From NCBI GenBank assembly GCA_002633005.1, contig NMRA01000068.1, positions 452,259 to 516,258 on the forward strand: a DNA stretch of 64,000 bases. Direction: 5' to 3'. Position 1 is the stretch's first letter. Every line of letters starts with the position of its first letter. The notes under the pieces are model-generated. The model was not told the DNA's origin and made no database searches. It was given only the letters and a program-made list of their open reading frames with translations. Origin of the DNA: Phoronis australis. Its lineage: Eukaryota; Animalia; Phoronida. This document shows, piece after piece, positions 1-14,200 of the stretch. Position numbers and translations under genes: made by a program.

Positions 1-288
1 AAAAAACGTCTGTTGAAACTGTACCCACAGCTGCAGTTTGTACGACCTAGTAAGAGGTATGAAAGTGAACTGGTGCTAGCGTTTAACGATTCACTTGCCG
101 ATTATTATGAATCCGAGGGTAGCAGCAGTGGTGATGAAAGTGTGCACGACGTCAAAGTTGTGGACTCATCTCCAGACATCCGGCGTGAGTTGTACAGGTC
201 TGCACTTATTTTAAGAAATTATGTAAAAGATTGTGAAGGTGTTACTGTTTGGCCACCTACTGCCAAAGACTCGCTTGGTGTTCAATGA
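1..288 (+). mobile_element. Truncated transposase-like ORF fragment, probably Academ-type, cut by the element starting at 289
   Basis: RRELYRSALILRNYV...VWPPTAKD resembles the N-terminal region of large invertebrate DNA-transposon proteins (from memory, not searched). The ORF ends exactly at the next element's terminus. Confidence 0.4.
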
Positions 289-2636
289 CAACTAAATCAC
301 AATCAAGGTCCATATTCGAGAGTTGACTGTGTTACGGTCTAAAACAATTTTTTTGGTCACTTACCAAATGCCAACTGAATCTCATTATGCAAAGAGTTAT
401 TTAGTTTTGCAAATTAAAAAAAGAATCATCAAAATCGGACAATGTTTGAGAAATTTATGCATGTTTTTGTTTATGACTTTCATGCATTTTTAGCGTTACG
501 AGTGGCCATTTTAAAAATAACAATTTTCAACTGTCAAGAGTAGAAAAGAATATTTTATCAAGTAAGCAATTGTTTAGATATGACTATGACTGGGGATAAC
601 GTAAGGCACTTTCAGAGTCAATTAGATGAAGTTGTGCTTAGTCATTGAGAAATGGTAGGGTTCATCATTAAACAGGCACTCGTTACGAAATTTATAAATT
701 CTGTGTTTCTAACCCTCACCTACTGTAAAGAAGGTACTAAAGTTCACACTCTGTAACGAAAAGAAGTGCAAAATATGTCAGCCTAGGCAACACAGCAAAT
801 TATTCAATATCAGTCTAAACATACCAAAAGTTTGGATATTGAATGGGTTCTGCTATGTTGAAAATGGGCCAAAAAGGCCAACAAAATGTAGTGTACGTAC
901 TCCCATGTGGAATTTAGTAACACAAATGGTCAATGAAAATGAAATTGTTGCCTTTTAAATAACAACATGGTGCTTATTATCACCAAAGAAAAATAAATGG
1001 CCATACAACATTATGTTACTATGTGATGCAGAAACAGTGCTGTAGTGTACATACCCCCATGTTTACAAATGCCATGAAATTAAAATATCACTTGGAAGTG
1101 AGCAACATTGGTCATACACAGTTTACTTCCTTAAAAACTTTAGGTTAAAAGAGTGTTTATTGCAAATACATTTGTTTTGAGTGAAATATTAGCATTTATG
1201 TAATGTATATACTCCCATATTTTAATTTATGTCTATTTTCAAAGTATGGCAGATATGCACATGAATACTGTGCTTTTTATTTTTTCTTTTTGAATTGATT
1301 TAGTAAATCAACTAACTCTCAGTACATTCTTAGTATTCAGTTACAAACCTGACATGCCATTGAAATGTAGTGTACGTACACCTGTGTAGTGTACGTACCC
1401 CCATGTAAATAAATACCATGAAACAAAAATATTACATAGTAAGTAAGCAGCACTTGTCATAGACAGCTTCCTCCATTAAAAATGCTAGGTTAAAACGGTG
1501 TTAATCACAAATACACTTGTTTTGAGTGAAATATTAGCATTTGTGTAGTGTACGTACCCCTATATTTTAACATGTGCCTGTTTTCAAAGAATTGTAGACA
1601 GATATGCACAAGACTGCATGCTGTACTTTTAATTTGTTCTCTTTGACTATTGGTAAGTGAACTAACTCTCAGTAGATTTTAATTATTTTTTATAAACCTG
1701 AAGTTAGTGAAATGTAGTGTACGTACCCTTGTGTAGTGTACGTACCTTCAACCTCTGTGCTATAAAGTACTGCCCACAAGAATTTTCAAACACTGCTGTT
1801 CACATGAACAATACTGATGTTTCCAAAATGAATACAGTCTGACAAAAAAATGGACATTATCAAATTTGTGGACGATAAAATGCCACACAGGACTTGGCTC
1901 GTACTAAAAATCCTAGAAGTCAGGTCATGTGACAACTGATGTTGCAGAGGCAGGTTCTCTATCTCTCAAGACAACTTCAACTTGCAACAAAACAACAGTA
2001 GAGGCAGCACAAAACTCGAGACCGTCCCATACATTTGTAACTTAGCCAAAATGATGATTACTGTGCGTAGTTTACGTACCCTATCAACCAGTAACATTTT
2101 TTACTGTTTACAAGTGGAACACTGGGCCTAGCATTGTTTTAGCTATTTTGACCAACTGGTGAATGTATTGAAAACTATTCAAATAGCACCAATGAAACCA
2201 AGTAAAGTTTTTGAAAAAGTAGTAACTTGCCATTGTCTTTTTGTAAGAATCATATTGCAGGAGAAGGTAGTTCTCATTATATTGTGTTAAGATATGCAAT
2301 GTATCATCATCTAGAACAACTTGATCAGCACGGTACCAAATTTTCTTATTTTAGTATGAGATACTTCTTCAATTTAATCAAAAACTTATTAAAGTAACAG
2401 TTACCTTATGAATTTCTGCATGGTAGAAGTGGGTTGTGACCACAAGTTGTAGTGTACGTACCCTTTTATACAACTGCGATGCATTAGGCCATAAAATTTT
2501 ATTCGGTGATTCTTGTGCAAAAATATCTTAGTGATTACAAACCTGGAATGATGGTACTTTAAAATAACCCAGCTTCTACAGTTATATGACAACCTTCATT
2601 TTTCACCAAAAGTGGCCACTGATTGTGATTTGGCTG
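289..2636. mobile_element. Non-autonomous TIR DNA transposon with subterminal repeats
   Basis: Ends CAACTAAATCACAATCA (289) and TGATTGTGATTTGGCTG (2636) are imperfect inverted repeats. About 9 copies of TGTAGTGTACGTACCC and an internal ~345-bp tandem duplication (about 1040-1385 and 1385-1730). No TSD resolved. Confidence 0.65.
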
Positions 2637-4268
2637 CAAGCCTCCTAAGGAGCCCATGGTTCTGACTTCAGCACTGACCGTCTTCTATCCTGGAAATTCC
2701 AGGGCCACTCGATGAAATGGCAACGCCCATTGGCGTTTATTTGGGGTCACAACTTTGTGTTTCAAGTGTTCAGACATTGGGACGTTTATCCCGAAAATTG
2801 CAAGAGATACAAACTGGTCCTGGGATACATCGTCTTGGACAAAAGCGGAAAGGTTTGAACAAATACAGCTGCCCTTGTAACTCTTTTGAATGGACTTGAC
2901 AACCTCAAAGGGCTTAGTGCCAAGCTGTCAAATGAGATGATGACATTGTAGAGGTTTAAAAGCTCATTGAACTAGCAGTTGACGAAGTGCAAGCATTGGT
3001 TCCAAGACGCGAAAACCATTGGATCCAATATACAGATTCCTACGCAGTCCTGACAACCGAAGAATAAGGCAGAAACATCCAGGTAATAAATTATAATTCT
3101 ACACAACTTGTACAAAAAGTCTGTTTTCTGAGATACATTGATGCTTGTGTACAATGGAAACGAAACAGAAATTATTTTCGGACATGCCCAATTTACCCAG
3201 TAAAGCACAAGGTCTACGAGCGTACAGAAACTGATTCTAGTTTGTATTTCCACTTGGCTCTTTATCTGCATCATAACCAAAATCAAATTCATGTAGCACG
3301 TTCTTCCAGTGAGTACTACAAAAGGTCAACCTCTCACATCAGTTGACTACCAGGTTTTCGAAAGACAACAGGCAGGTGGGAGCTGCTATTTCTTGTGCCA
3401 TTAGTGGTTAGCAGGATGAGGGATGTAGACTTAGGCTCACTGGAGGATTGGCTGGATTTCTGGGACATAGACTTGCCATCACCAGATTCCCTGAAGGTGA
3501 CTGACTCCCTTCTGACTATCGGCATTTTGAGACACATCACTAAAAAAAACAGTGCAGGTGGCCTGATGTATTTGCGGTGCATCAGACACATGCAGGCCTC
3601 ATGGTTGGGCCCATTGCACAAAACACCTGAGCAAAAGCACGAGCGCCCCATTATGGTTCTTCGTGAAGGACGTTTCCACGTCTGCCAGTCCCCTTTAGGA
3701 AAACGGACAGACGTTTCCATCACTGGTCATCAAGCACTATATCCAGAGCAATCCAAGGCGTGTGTTCTGCAAGTCTTTCTTGATTGAGTGAAAGTGTGTC
3801 AAGTTTTGCCAAAGAGTTCAGTAACGGCAAGATGTATAAAATACGTGCAACCACTTGGAGCAGTTTTCAATTCCCGCTTTTTGTGTAGCGTACTTTAGGT
3901 CTCGCGATGGACCAGACTAGTTTATTTTTGTATCTATTGACTCTCTCGGTGAACTAGTCTTAGTAATATTTTTACTACAGTGTGCTTTGTAAAGCTATCT
4001 ACAAAGCAGTCAGTACTTTTTGGTCTCGCGACACTTCTTGTATTTTTAGAGATATTTAGCATAGCAAACTTTTTGTCTCTCGACGGACCAGGACATATTT
4101 GTGTAGATATTAACTCTCATTATACATCTGGTCCCTCGGCGAACTGGTCTTGTATACCTTTTCAACACGGTGTACAGCATGTTTTGGTTCCGTGAAAAAT
4201 GTTTTCAGGTGATTTGTTTCCCCATGTGTTGGGTTTTTACATGGCCATCAGTGCTCCTTAGGCTCTTG
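2637..4268 (+). mobile_element. Decayed hAT-superfamily transposon
   Basis: Imperfect TIRs caagcctcctaaggagc / gctccttaggctcttg. Broken frames give LNGLDNLKGLSAKL, WFQDAKTI, RFSKDN and FWDIDLPSPDSL, typical of hAT transposase C-terminal halves. ggtctcgcga-type subterminal repeats at 3900-4150. Confidence 0.65.
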
Positions 4269-4556
4269 AATATTTGGTAGTTGTCTAAACCCCTGAAGGC
4301 ACACTACACTTTTTCGTATACGACATTTCGTATGCTAAAAATCTGTGTGTGCAAACAGATGTTCCAACTAAAACTTTGCTAGTGGCATGTCTCATACCCA
4401 GATTTGCACAAAATTAATAGCGTTTTATGGAACTTATGAGCCGAGTTCATGTGACGAAATCGAGAAGGGTTTTAACTCGTCTTAGGAAAAACTCCAGACA
4501 CGTTAACTGCAACAAACTCGCCAGGACAAATGGAAATTGCACTATTTGGCTACAAA

Positions 4557-7012
4557 ACAAACAAGAGCAATGCGCCCACGAATGCATCGCAAAAGGTGTG
4601 CTTTTAGGGTTATTTATTTGTATCATAAAAATGACCACTAGATGGCGCAAAAACGTAAAATCCATCAAAAACATGCCATGTTTCATAAAAATCTGTCAAG
4701 GAACTTCAGAGAAACAAAGGAAAACAGAACAAAATGAAATTGCCACTTGTTGGGCACAGCATCCATTCCATCAGCCTGAAAGTCGTCATCTGTTATCTTC
4801 ACTTACTAAATTTAATAAAGATCCTGCAGTGGGTTTTGGAGATACAGGTATGGGCGCAAAACAAAACAAAAACTACCACTAGGAGGCGCCACAGTAGTCC
4901 GTCGCTATCATCAAACGTCCTCTTCACACTGAAAACATATACGTCAATTTTCAAAACCATCCCTAGAATGGTTTGGTTGATCGAGGGGTGGATAGCAAAA
5001 ATGGCAACCAGGTGCCACAAAATACCTCGATTCCATCCAAAAACTGGATGATAGCGTCATCTCACCAATAGATGCCCATATTCAAAATTTTATGAAAATC
5101 TGTTGAGGACCTTTGAAGATACAGACTGGTAAACGTAAAAAAATACAAGAGCAATGCGACGCGTTGAAATGCGACCACGAATGCACCGCAAACGGAGTGC
5201 TTCTAGGATTGTTTATTTGTTTCATAAAAATAGCCACAAGAGGGCAAAAAAAAAACATTCAATCCATCTGAAAATGGGTACATGCCATCACTTCTTTAAT
5301 AGAAAGCTATTAAGCAAATATCATAAAAATCTGCAAAGGAACTTCAGAGATACAAAGGAAAACAAAAAATAATGAAATTGCCACTTTAGGACATAGCCTT
5401 CATTGGATCCGCCTGAATAACGTCGCCATCTGTTGTTAGCTTCATATAAATACAATTACTAAATTTAATAAATATCTTGCAGTGAGTTTAGGAGATGCAG
5501 CTATGAGCACAAAACAAAACAAAACTACCACTAGGAGGCGCTACAGTGGTCGAATGAGTTATTGTCAACTGTCTTCTTCACATTGAGAACACATACCATT
5601 GACCAATTTTCGAAGTCATCCTCAGAATGGTTTGGTTGATCAAGGGGTGGACGCCAAAAAACAAGACTCGAAAACAAGAATAATGGCCACTAGGTGGTGC
5701 AAACGTTCCTCGATGCCATCCCAAAGCGGGAAGATAGCATCATCTAACCAATAAATGCTTATACTCCAAACTTTCTGATAATCCGTTGAGGACCTTTGAA
5801 GATACAGAGGTAAGCCTAAAAAATGAAAATTGCCACTACGGGGCACACTGGTAGTCAGATCCATCCAAAAGTTGTTGTCATCCTTTGTTAACACGATATA
5901 AAATAAATACCCTTGCTAAATTTAGCAAAGATGCTGCTGGGCTACAGTAGTCGAAGTCATTGGTAAATCATCGTCAGCTTCGTAGCAAGAACATACATGC
6001 CAATTTTCACAATCATCCTTAGTGCGGTTTGGTTGATAGAGGGGTGGACACCAAAAAACAGACTAAAAAACAGTACAAGTGGCCACTAAGTGGCGCAAAC
6101 AATGTTAGATCCATTCAAAAATCAGAGGATAGCTTCATCTCACTAATAGGTGCCTACATTACAAATTTTATGAAAATACGTTGAGGACCTTTGAAGATAC
6201 AGAGGTAAATGTAAAAAACATAAATTGTCACTAGGGGGCACACCAGTAGTCAGATCTGTCGGAAAGTTGTCGTCCTCTCTAACTTGTAAACATNAAATGA
6301 GAGGATAGCTTCATCTCACTAATAGGTGCCTACATTACAAATTTTATGAAAATACGTTGAGGACCTTTGAAGATACAGAGGTAAATGTAAAAAACATAAA
6401 TTGTCACTAGGGGGCACACCAGTAGTCAGATCTGTCGTAAAGTTGTCGTCATCTCTTGTAAACATCATATAAAAATGCTTGCAGAATTTAGTAAAGATCC
6501 TGCCAACGGTTTAGGAGATACAGCCATGGGCGCAAAGAGACAAAACTGCCACTAGGAGGCACCACAGTAGTCGAAATTGTCGGAAAATCATCGTCAACTG
6601 TCCTCTTCATAATAAGAACATACATGCCAATTTCCACCACCATCCTTAGAGCGGTTTGGTTGATATAGGGGTGAACGTCAAAAAACAGACTCGAATACAG
6701 CAAAAATGGACACTAGGTGGTGCAAACTACGTCGAATCCATTCAAAAACGAGAAGATAGCGTCATCTCGCTAATACGTACCTATATTCCAAATTTTATGA
6801 AAATACCTTGAGGACCTTTGAAGATACAGAGGTAAACGTAAAAAATAAAATTGCCACTAGTGGGCACACCGGTAGTCGGATCCGTCCGAATGTTCGCTCA
6901 TGCCATTCCATCCATGGAAGGAACACATGTGCAAAATTTGATGAACATATGTCAAGGCAATTTGGAGATAGAGCAGCGGACGCTGGACACCAGACGCCGG
7001 ACAGACAGAGAT
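4557..7012 (-). mobile_element. Two nested Helentron-type non-autonomous elements (HINE family 1) with tandem ~146-bp monomers
   Basis: 3' termini (aaacaagagcaatgcg on plus) at 4557 and again at about 5143; GTCY microsatellite near 6985-7010; monomers homologous to 34219-35942. Confidence 0.8.
6118..6465. other. ~175-bp direct duplication joined by a single n at 6294; probable assembly overlap
   Basis: 6118-6293 is repeated almost exactly after the n. Confidence 0.85.
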
Positions 7013-8182
7013 GTCTTACAAGAGAGAGGGAAACTCCCTTCCCACATCCCCAAAGCGCGAATCATAACCTCCCTTACTGAAAACATAGATCCGCTAACTG
7101 TAAACATCTGGTAGAGTCTCACCTAGCTTTTCATATGCTAAGAAACAAGCTCCTGGATGGGGAACCATTACACGTCTACAACATGAAGTGCATGGCAACA
7201 AACAAAAATTCTCTATCACTGTGTTGTATGAGCATGACTGTAACCTTCAAAACAGCCCTTTGTAGCATAAACTATTAATAATTTGACAAAATGATGCTTT
7301 CAAGATAAATATCTTAGTAAATGCAGTAGCCACTTTACAATTCACCGACAGATGACAATCATTTGCATCCTACATGTCAGCCTTCACTGTCAATGTTCAT
7401 TTGTTTTTACACCGCAGTTATTTCCCTATTATATCATTCAGTGAAGTCATCCCTGCAAATATCGCAGTTTCTGCCAACCTCCCTCTTCACCGCCTTCACC
7501 GCCCATTGCCTACGATACCATTCTCTTCAATGTCACCGGAAGAAAGCAGTGCCATTACATCAAGTTTTCCTGCTATCCCGGTCATTGTGTGCAATCACGT
7601 CTACATGACACTGCGACAACTTGTGCTCAAAAGTCTCCACAAACTGTCACAATTTGAGGGTTACGGTAAGACAGTGTGTGCAGTGGTGACAGTTTGCAGT
7701 CTTACAGAGCCACCATGTTACCGAATAAATCCCCAAAGAACACAGGTTCTGTTAGTACATGGAAACATCTGGTGCAGAGACCCTAGACTTCCTGAGGTCT
7801 GCTCCAGTTTGGAAACACAAAACCTGGGATCTGCAACCAGGAGAGGCCTGGTGCACAGGTTAGCCCTGTTGGCCTCTTGGGTAGAACTGGGGTCAGTTAT
7901 TGTGGTACTGGCAACCGAACTTTTACTTTAGGCATTTTGCACTACGTCGCCTTCTTGCATGACCTCATTCAATTGTTTCATGGAAATTTCCTATCTTATG
8001 GTATTGTTTTTGTTAGGTCTCCCAAATGATGCAAACGCGACATATTACTGAATCTAACGTAAAAATACAGTCATCTAAATAGTGAACCAATGCCCCCATA
8101 ACATGAAAGCCTTGTCAGATATGTATAGTAACTCATGCAAATGTAAAAAGCTGTGACTGGGCATGCAGAGTTCTGTACTCAC

Positions 8183-8251
8183 AGTGAGGCTATGAAGGAA
8201 GTTGATGTAATTGAGTCTGGCATTCTGTGGCCCGTACCACAAGCTCCCTCT
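8183..8251 (-). CDS. SMPD4: SMPD4 candidate exon 9 (symmetric phase-0 cassette)
   Basis: tttccccag acceptor, gtgagt donor; 69 nt, open frame RGSLWYGPQNARLNYINFLHSLT. No recognisable homology, so support is from splice signals only. Confidence 0.55.
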
Positions 8252-11200
8252 CTGGGGAAACACGAGAGTGTGACAATAAAGCGGAGAAGGAGAATGGTAA
8301 TCTGATGAAAATGACCACAGGGGCTAGTCTACAGTAAAATAATACGCCAACATAAAGCATGTTAACTTTTTACATTAACCGTTGGTCAACAGAATCTGAC
8401 TAGGAATGAAAACTGCTCCGTCATTGCAGGACCACTTAGAATTGGTTTGGGACATTTTCAAGATTTTGCAAGAAAATTTATTCAGAAATAATGAGCAATA
8501 ACAAATCAAAGAACATTTTTAATTCAGTACATAAAAATTATTGCCCAAGCAAATCAGACAAATTTAAAGGGGGAATAACATAGACAAATATGAATAACCA
8601 GTATGTCAAACTTACAAAAACGAGCAACAACATTTAAAACTTGGGTGCAAATGTCATATTACTAAGAGACAACACAGTGAAGCTTACCGCTGCCTGCACT
8701 GAGAGTCCATGCTTCACAGGAGACCCTGAGTTTTGGTTGAGCCAGAATTCGCACAAGATCTGTGACAAAATGGTAATAAAAAAGTTAATCAAGAGTCACT
8801 GCATGAGAAAGTCAACTAGTTTGTAAGATTGGATAGAAGAATTATGAACGAGAATAGTTGGGGCAAAAATACTGTTTCAAAACGTGTACAGCTGGACTCC
8901 CTAAAATTTGGTGATGTGAGACTTTCACTGCTTCCAAACAAACTCTTTAAAAATACTGTTTCAAAACGTGTAAAGCTGGACTCCCTAAAATTTGGTGATG
9001 TGAGACTTTCACTGCTTCCAAATAAACTCTTTAAAAATTGAAGTTATAAGACCACTAACAAAATGTAACAGATTCCATTTTCAAAAGACCTTGAGAATAT
9101 TTTTTAAATTTGCAATGTGTGTAAAATGCACATTTTGCACCCCCTGGAGCAAAAAGGAGAATGTCACCAAAAACAACATATTTTGCACCAATTTAGACAG
9201 AGTAATTCCACTCACTAACAGCAAGTGCAGTTCTTTTACCAAATGAGGAGGCAGTGTGGCCTCATGTGATAGGTGTCTGCTTTCTTTACTCAATGTCGTG
9301 GGTTCGAGTCCCACTGGGTCACACTGCTAAACCCTTGAGTCAGGTTTCTAGATCCTAAGCTTGATTTAACTATTAATAAAGCATAAAAATGATTCCAGGT
9401 AATCAGTGCAAAGGCCCCACATGATTGTTTTATGAATTACCACCCATGAGACTGTTTTTCAGAAATTCCCTATTATCTTAACTACGTACGAATCCATTTC
9501 TTGGGACTAAACTGTTTTTCTAAGACAATTATTATGGTAGCCTCTGTCAATGCCAAGATATCACAAAAGCAACAGACCCTTAAATTCCTTACAGACAAAG
9601 CAAACATCAAACACAACCTGCAAAATGCAAAGTTGAATATCAAGAATGATGAAGAAACAGAAATTAAAAAAATCAAAATTTATCAAATTTCATTTTTCTT
9701 GTGCAACAATTTTTCATAAATTGTCATGTCATTTCGATCAACGTATACATCATTTTGCATGATGTTTGAAATAACACATTTCAGCGGTGCTATAGCGGCC
9801 GTGAAAGTAAACTTCTCACTAGGGTTGACTGCAGAAAACATAACACACCGAGACAGTCACTGAGGCCAACAAGATGATGGAATTGACAAAATATAGTACA
9901 AGGCAAAAGTAATCAATAGGCCATGTACAGTACAAGACAAAGTAATCAGACAAAATACTATTTCCCCGCCTAATTCTTTTGAAGCAAAAATTTATGGTAA
10001 TAACTATTGGGACAGCAAAACCCTAAATACAGAATGGTTTGGCCACCTTACTAACTTTTCTGTTAATTCCCCTTCATTCTCGGTCATGAGAGATTACTGT
10101 GACAGTGAATTCTGCTTCTACCCAGCTGTCATAATGGGGAATTCCTGGTCGTTTTGCCTGATTACCTTTGGCTTGTATTGTAATTGATTAGAAAATCCAA
10201 TGAATACTACAAAAACATCCATCCACATGTAACTTTGTCAATAGTGTCTATGCTGACATTTATTTGAATGACTCCTGAGTATCCCGTACCTGTATTAAAG
10301 TCTCCGTACGCCACGTGTCTGTGGCAGTATAGTCTATATTAGTTGCATGTGCCCTCGGTGATTGGTGTCGCAGTAATGCAGACGAAGATGTCAGGTGACG
10401 AGGACTGTGCATGCCCCCTGGGGACTGTCTGGAAAATGAATGATCAAGAAAATAACAATTCACAGCCAAAAGAAATTTCACTGACAGCAGTACATCATTT
10501 TGCGTAAACAAATAAAATATTGGGAGACAGAAGCAACATAATTAATCAACAGGGAGAATTCAGGAGAACTCAAATGGCAAAACATGAATTCATTCTTTGT
10601 TATTTTGACATCCTCTTTAAGGGAAGGTGTCAAAATATCTTCAACATTAATCAACAATCTTTGCACATTGGATAAACATGTGTTCAGTATTCTGCACTGT
10701 TTGCGAGCAGCTTTTATTATAAGGATTTTTAGAGCCTTTTTTGAATTTTGAATTTGTTTGCAATAAATTAAATACCTGCACATAATATGTAAATCTTGAA
10801 CTGGTGTGGAAATAAAGACCACAAACATGTTTAAATCTGGTCTGCACGCCACCTGTTGGCCACATCACTTGATCTCACGAACATAAGTCAGAAAAGATTT
10901 TTGCCCCCAACCAGGACTCGAACCCAGGACCTTCTGCTAACCATACAGACTGAGCCATGGAGACCACCGGTCAAACACAGAAATCCAATCAGACTTAGCA
11001 GTGGGCATAACGCCCATCAACTCGTGAGTGTATATAAATATTATGTAAATCTTGAACCAGTGTGGAAATATAGAGCACCGGCATAGAAATATGGATTACA
11101 GACATTTTTAAGTCTGTGAGTGTATATAAATATGTACTATATAAATATGAGCGGTCACTCAAATCGAATCTCCCGTCAGGCATGAGCAATTTTGTATGTA

Positions 11201-14200
11201 ATCACATTCACTGAGTTGCCATAACATTGAGTCAAGAAGGTATGCACAATATAGAAAGATGCCACGGAAACAAAAGACAAAAGCAGAGTTCTGCGTCAGC
11301 GTACATATGACCACTGATAAAAAATGACGATTGCGCTAATTCCACGCTCTGTTTAGCACTTTTGTTTTCACAAACACAGGCAAGTTGTGAAAAAAAATAA
11401 ATCCTCACCCAAATACATTCATTCATCAACAATCTGATATTTTGTGGTTTCTATCTCGTGGTCACCACATATACACTATTCTCCAATTCATATCTGGTTT
11501 CTGCGGCATGGTTTATATGTTGTGTATCCCACTGCACTATTGACCTACTCGTCAAATGTTTTAACTCCGCCTCTGACCAAGTTTGACTCAAGGTATTGAA
11601 AACCAACTTACATACTGTGACCATTAAGCTAGTTATGCATTGCAAAATTAATTCAGTTGTCACTGCAAGGGAATGTTAAAATAAAAACCAAGAATGGCAT
11701 GTTAAGTTATATTGGCCAAAAACGAATTTACACTGAATAATTAATTAAAAACATTGAGATTTTGACAACCCATGATGTTTTCGGCTTTTTCTCAGCTTCA
11801 ACAAATTGACTTAATTTGAGCTTAGGAATACGAGTTCTCAGAAACAGTTCTGAGCATTTCCCTGAAACTTTCAATCTCAAACAAGTTTTGTTTTAAACGC
11901 CTAGTTTTGTTGTACCATGCCATAGATGTATACGATTGCTGTTTTGAGAGTTAATCTGGCATAGACACCAAATTAAATGACAAATCAATGAAAGCGCTCC
12001 GAGGAGCGACACTTGGTGAAATTAACAGAAAAGATAACGATAAAGATGATGACAAAGATGAAGACGATGGTGGCGATGATGAACAATTCAAGTAATGATA
12101 ACATTCATAAGACGAACGTAGAGGCCAGACATCAGTAAGTATAGGCTAGTCTTGAACGACACTTGGCGAAATTAACTGAAAAGACGTTTCCGGAGATGAT
12201 GACGAAGATGACGAATATGATGACGATGGTGATGATGCTGAACAACATCATGACATTCATATGAAGCACTTAGATGTCACAAATCAGCAAGAAATAGGCT
12301 ACACTCTTGTTCAATGAAGCCAAACCAACATCAATAATTCGAAAAGTAGACGTCCTAGCAAAAAATGGAAAACATCTTCTGAAAGCCTGTTCAAAACTAT
12401 CTAAACTGATGGTATCGCCTAATTCCGTAAATTTTTCAAAAAAAAATGAAATTTTGTGTTTTTTTGAAATTCAAAGTCAAATAACTCGAAAACGGTAAGT
12501 CTGAGAAAAAATTGTTACAGATCATTTGAAAGAGTATACCTCAGAGAATCCACATGCAAAAAATCACGTCTTTTTCTCTTCCCGTTTAAAATGGCACTCC
12601 AGCACGACTGAAAATGGGTCAACATGCGCCAGATCTGCCATCTTGAAAACAATTTTCGGTTTTTTGGCTCTGTATAAGAGCATGTCATAAGAAACTAATA
12701 CCTGCAAAAATTCGAAGGAATTGGCCCTATAATGCGCCCTCTACGGGAGAAAACGTTTTAGGCCAAAATCGAGGTGCGCATGCGTGATCGCCGATATTTC
12801 CACCAACTTGAACCGGAAGTAAATAATTTCAGGTATACTTGTAACACACTTCCAGTCGATTTACTGTGCTGATTCTCAGCTCTGTACACAAAAAATTGTA
12901 GCCTCCAGAAGCACTTGAACCTTTAAATGAAAACAAAATGGCCGTCACATCCGCCATCTTGGATACGATTATAACGAAAAACAATAGGCTTCCAGTACTT
13001 CCAAAACTACGTGTAATGTGTAAATTTCGTGATGATCGGATGAAAACTGCACCCTGTATCGTGCGAACAAACAAAAAAAACTTAGTGACAGAGCAACATA
13101 CTTGGCGAAATTTATTTCGCCAAGTATAAAGTCCTAATCGCATTTTAGAGCGATATCTGCAAGTTTTGGTTGATTTCAAAAAATGCTTTGTTAAAATCAA
13201 CTAAGGGATCAGTGTGCTATGTATGTAGCTTTGATAAAATTAAAATTTTAATCAAAAAAGTGGCCACATTATAATAACAACAACGTTTAATTCTCAAGTG
13301 TATACCTATATTCCCTGATCTTTCTTTTTTCAGAAAATACTACATGACACAGCCTAGTTTAACTGTTTGGTAATTGACTTTGAACAGATGTTTCTAAGTA
13401 AGGTACTACATAACCTTAATAATTCAACATGATAAATACAAAGAACATCTCCAATTTATACATTCTTATACAAGAAGTTAGGAAGTCCGTTAACAACTTG
13501 TGCCTTTTAATTGCCGAATAATAACCTTGAATGTGGCAAGCAATAACATTTTATAAGTGAACTACGGTACAGCAAGAACCCAATATAACCCAGCAGCCAG
13601 GTTTAACCACATCTAGTAAAGTATGTGGCTACAGTCAGCAACAAAGTTTTCCCTTAACATGGCTGTTCTCACCTGAAGAGTGGTAAACTTGAGTGATGTG
13701 GAAGGGGGCTCCTGATGGAAGTGGCCGAGTGAAACACTGGTGGGATGCTGTTCTTGTCGAGAGGAAGGAAGTACTTTAGGAAATCATCAATAATGGCAGC
13801 ATACAGAGAATCCACTGGGTTGATCCAGTTAGTCTGAATATGAGAGACAACCAAGGATTGATCCAGTTAGCCTGTACATGAGGGACAACTTAGGGTTGAT
13901 CTAGTTCGTCTAAACATTGGAGACAACTGAAGATTGATACATGATGAACAATTGAGAGCTGTTATGATTAGTCTGAACATGAGAGACAATTGAGGCTTGA
14001 TTTAGTGAGTCTGAACATGACAGAAAACTGATGGTTGACACAGTTAGTTTGAACAAGGCAGACAATTGAGAGTTGATCTAGTGAACCTGAACATGAGAGA
14101 CAATTCAGGGTTGATCTTACTAGTGAATCTGAACATAAGACAGCTCAATGTCGATCTAGTGAGTCGGAACATAAGGGACAACTAGGGGTTGATCTAGTGA

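Noticed and set aside
4427-7114. Many 60-150 aa ORFs sharing TTVAPPSGSFV or KLPLGG peptides (also 20131-20910, 35077, 55819, 59937-60288)
   Set aside because: They are translations of the non-coding HINE monomers and their motif, not a protein family.
7374-7931. 185-aa plus-strand ORF as an independent gene
   Set aside because: Antisense within an SMPD4 intron, with no recognisable domain or supporting exon structure.
12030-12250. Asp-rich coding exon (GAT/GAC repeats)
   Set aside because: Stops interrupt the frames, and it lies inside duplicated monomers of the family 2 HINE.
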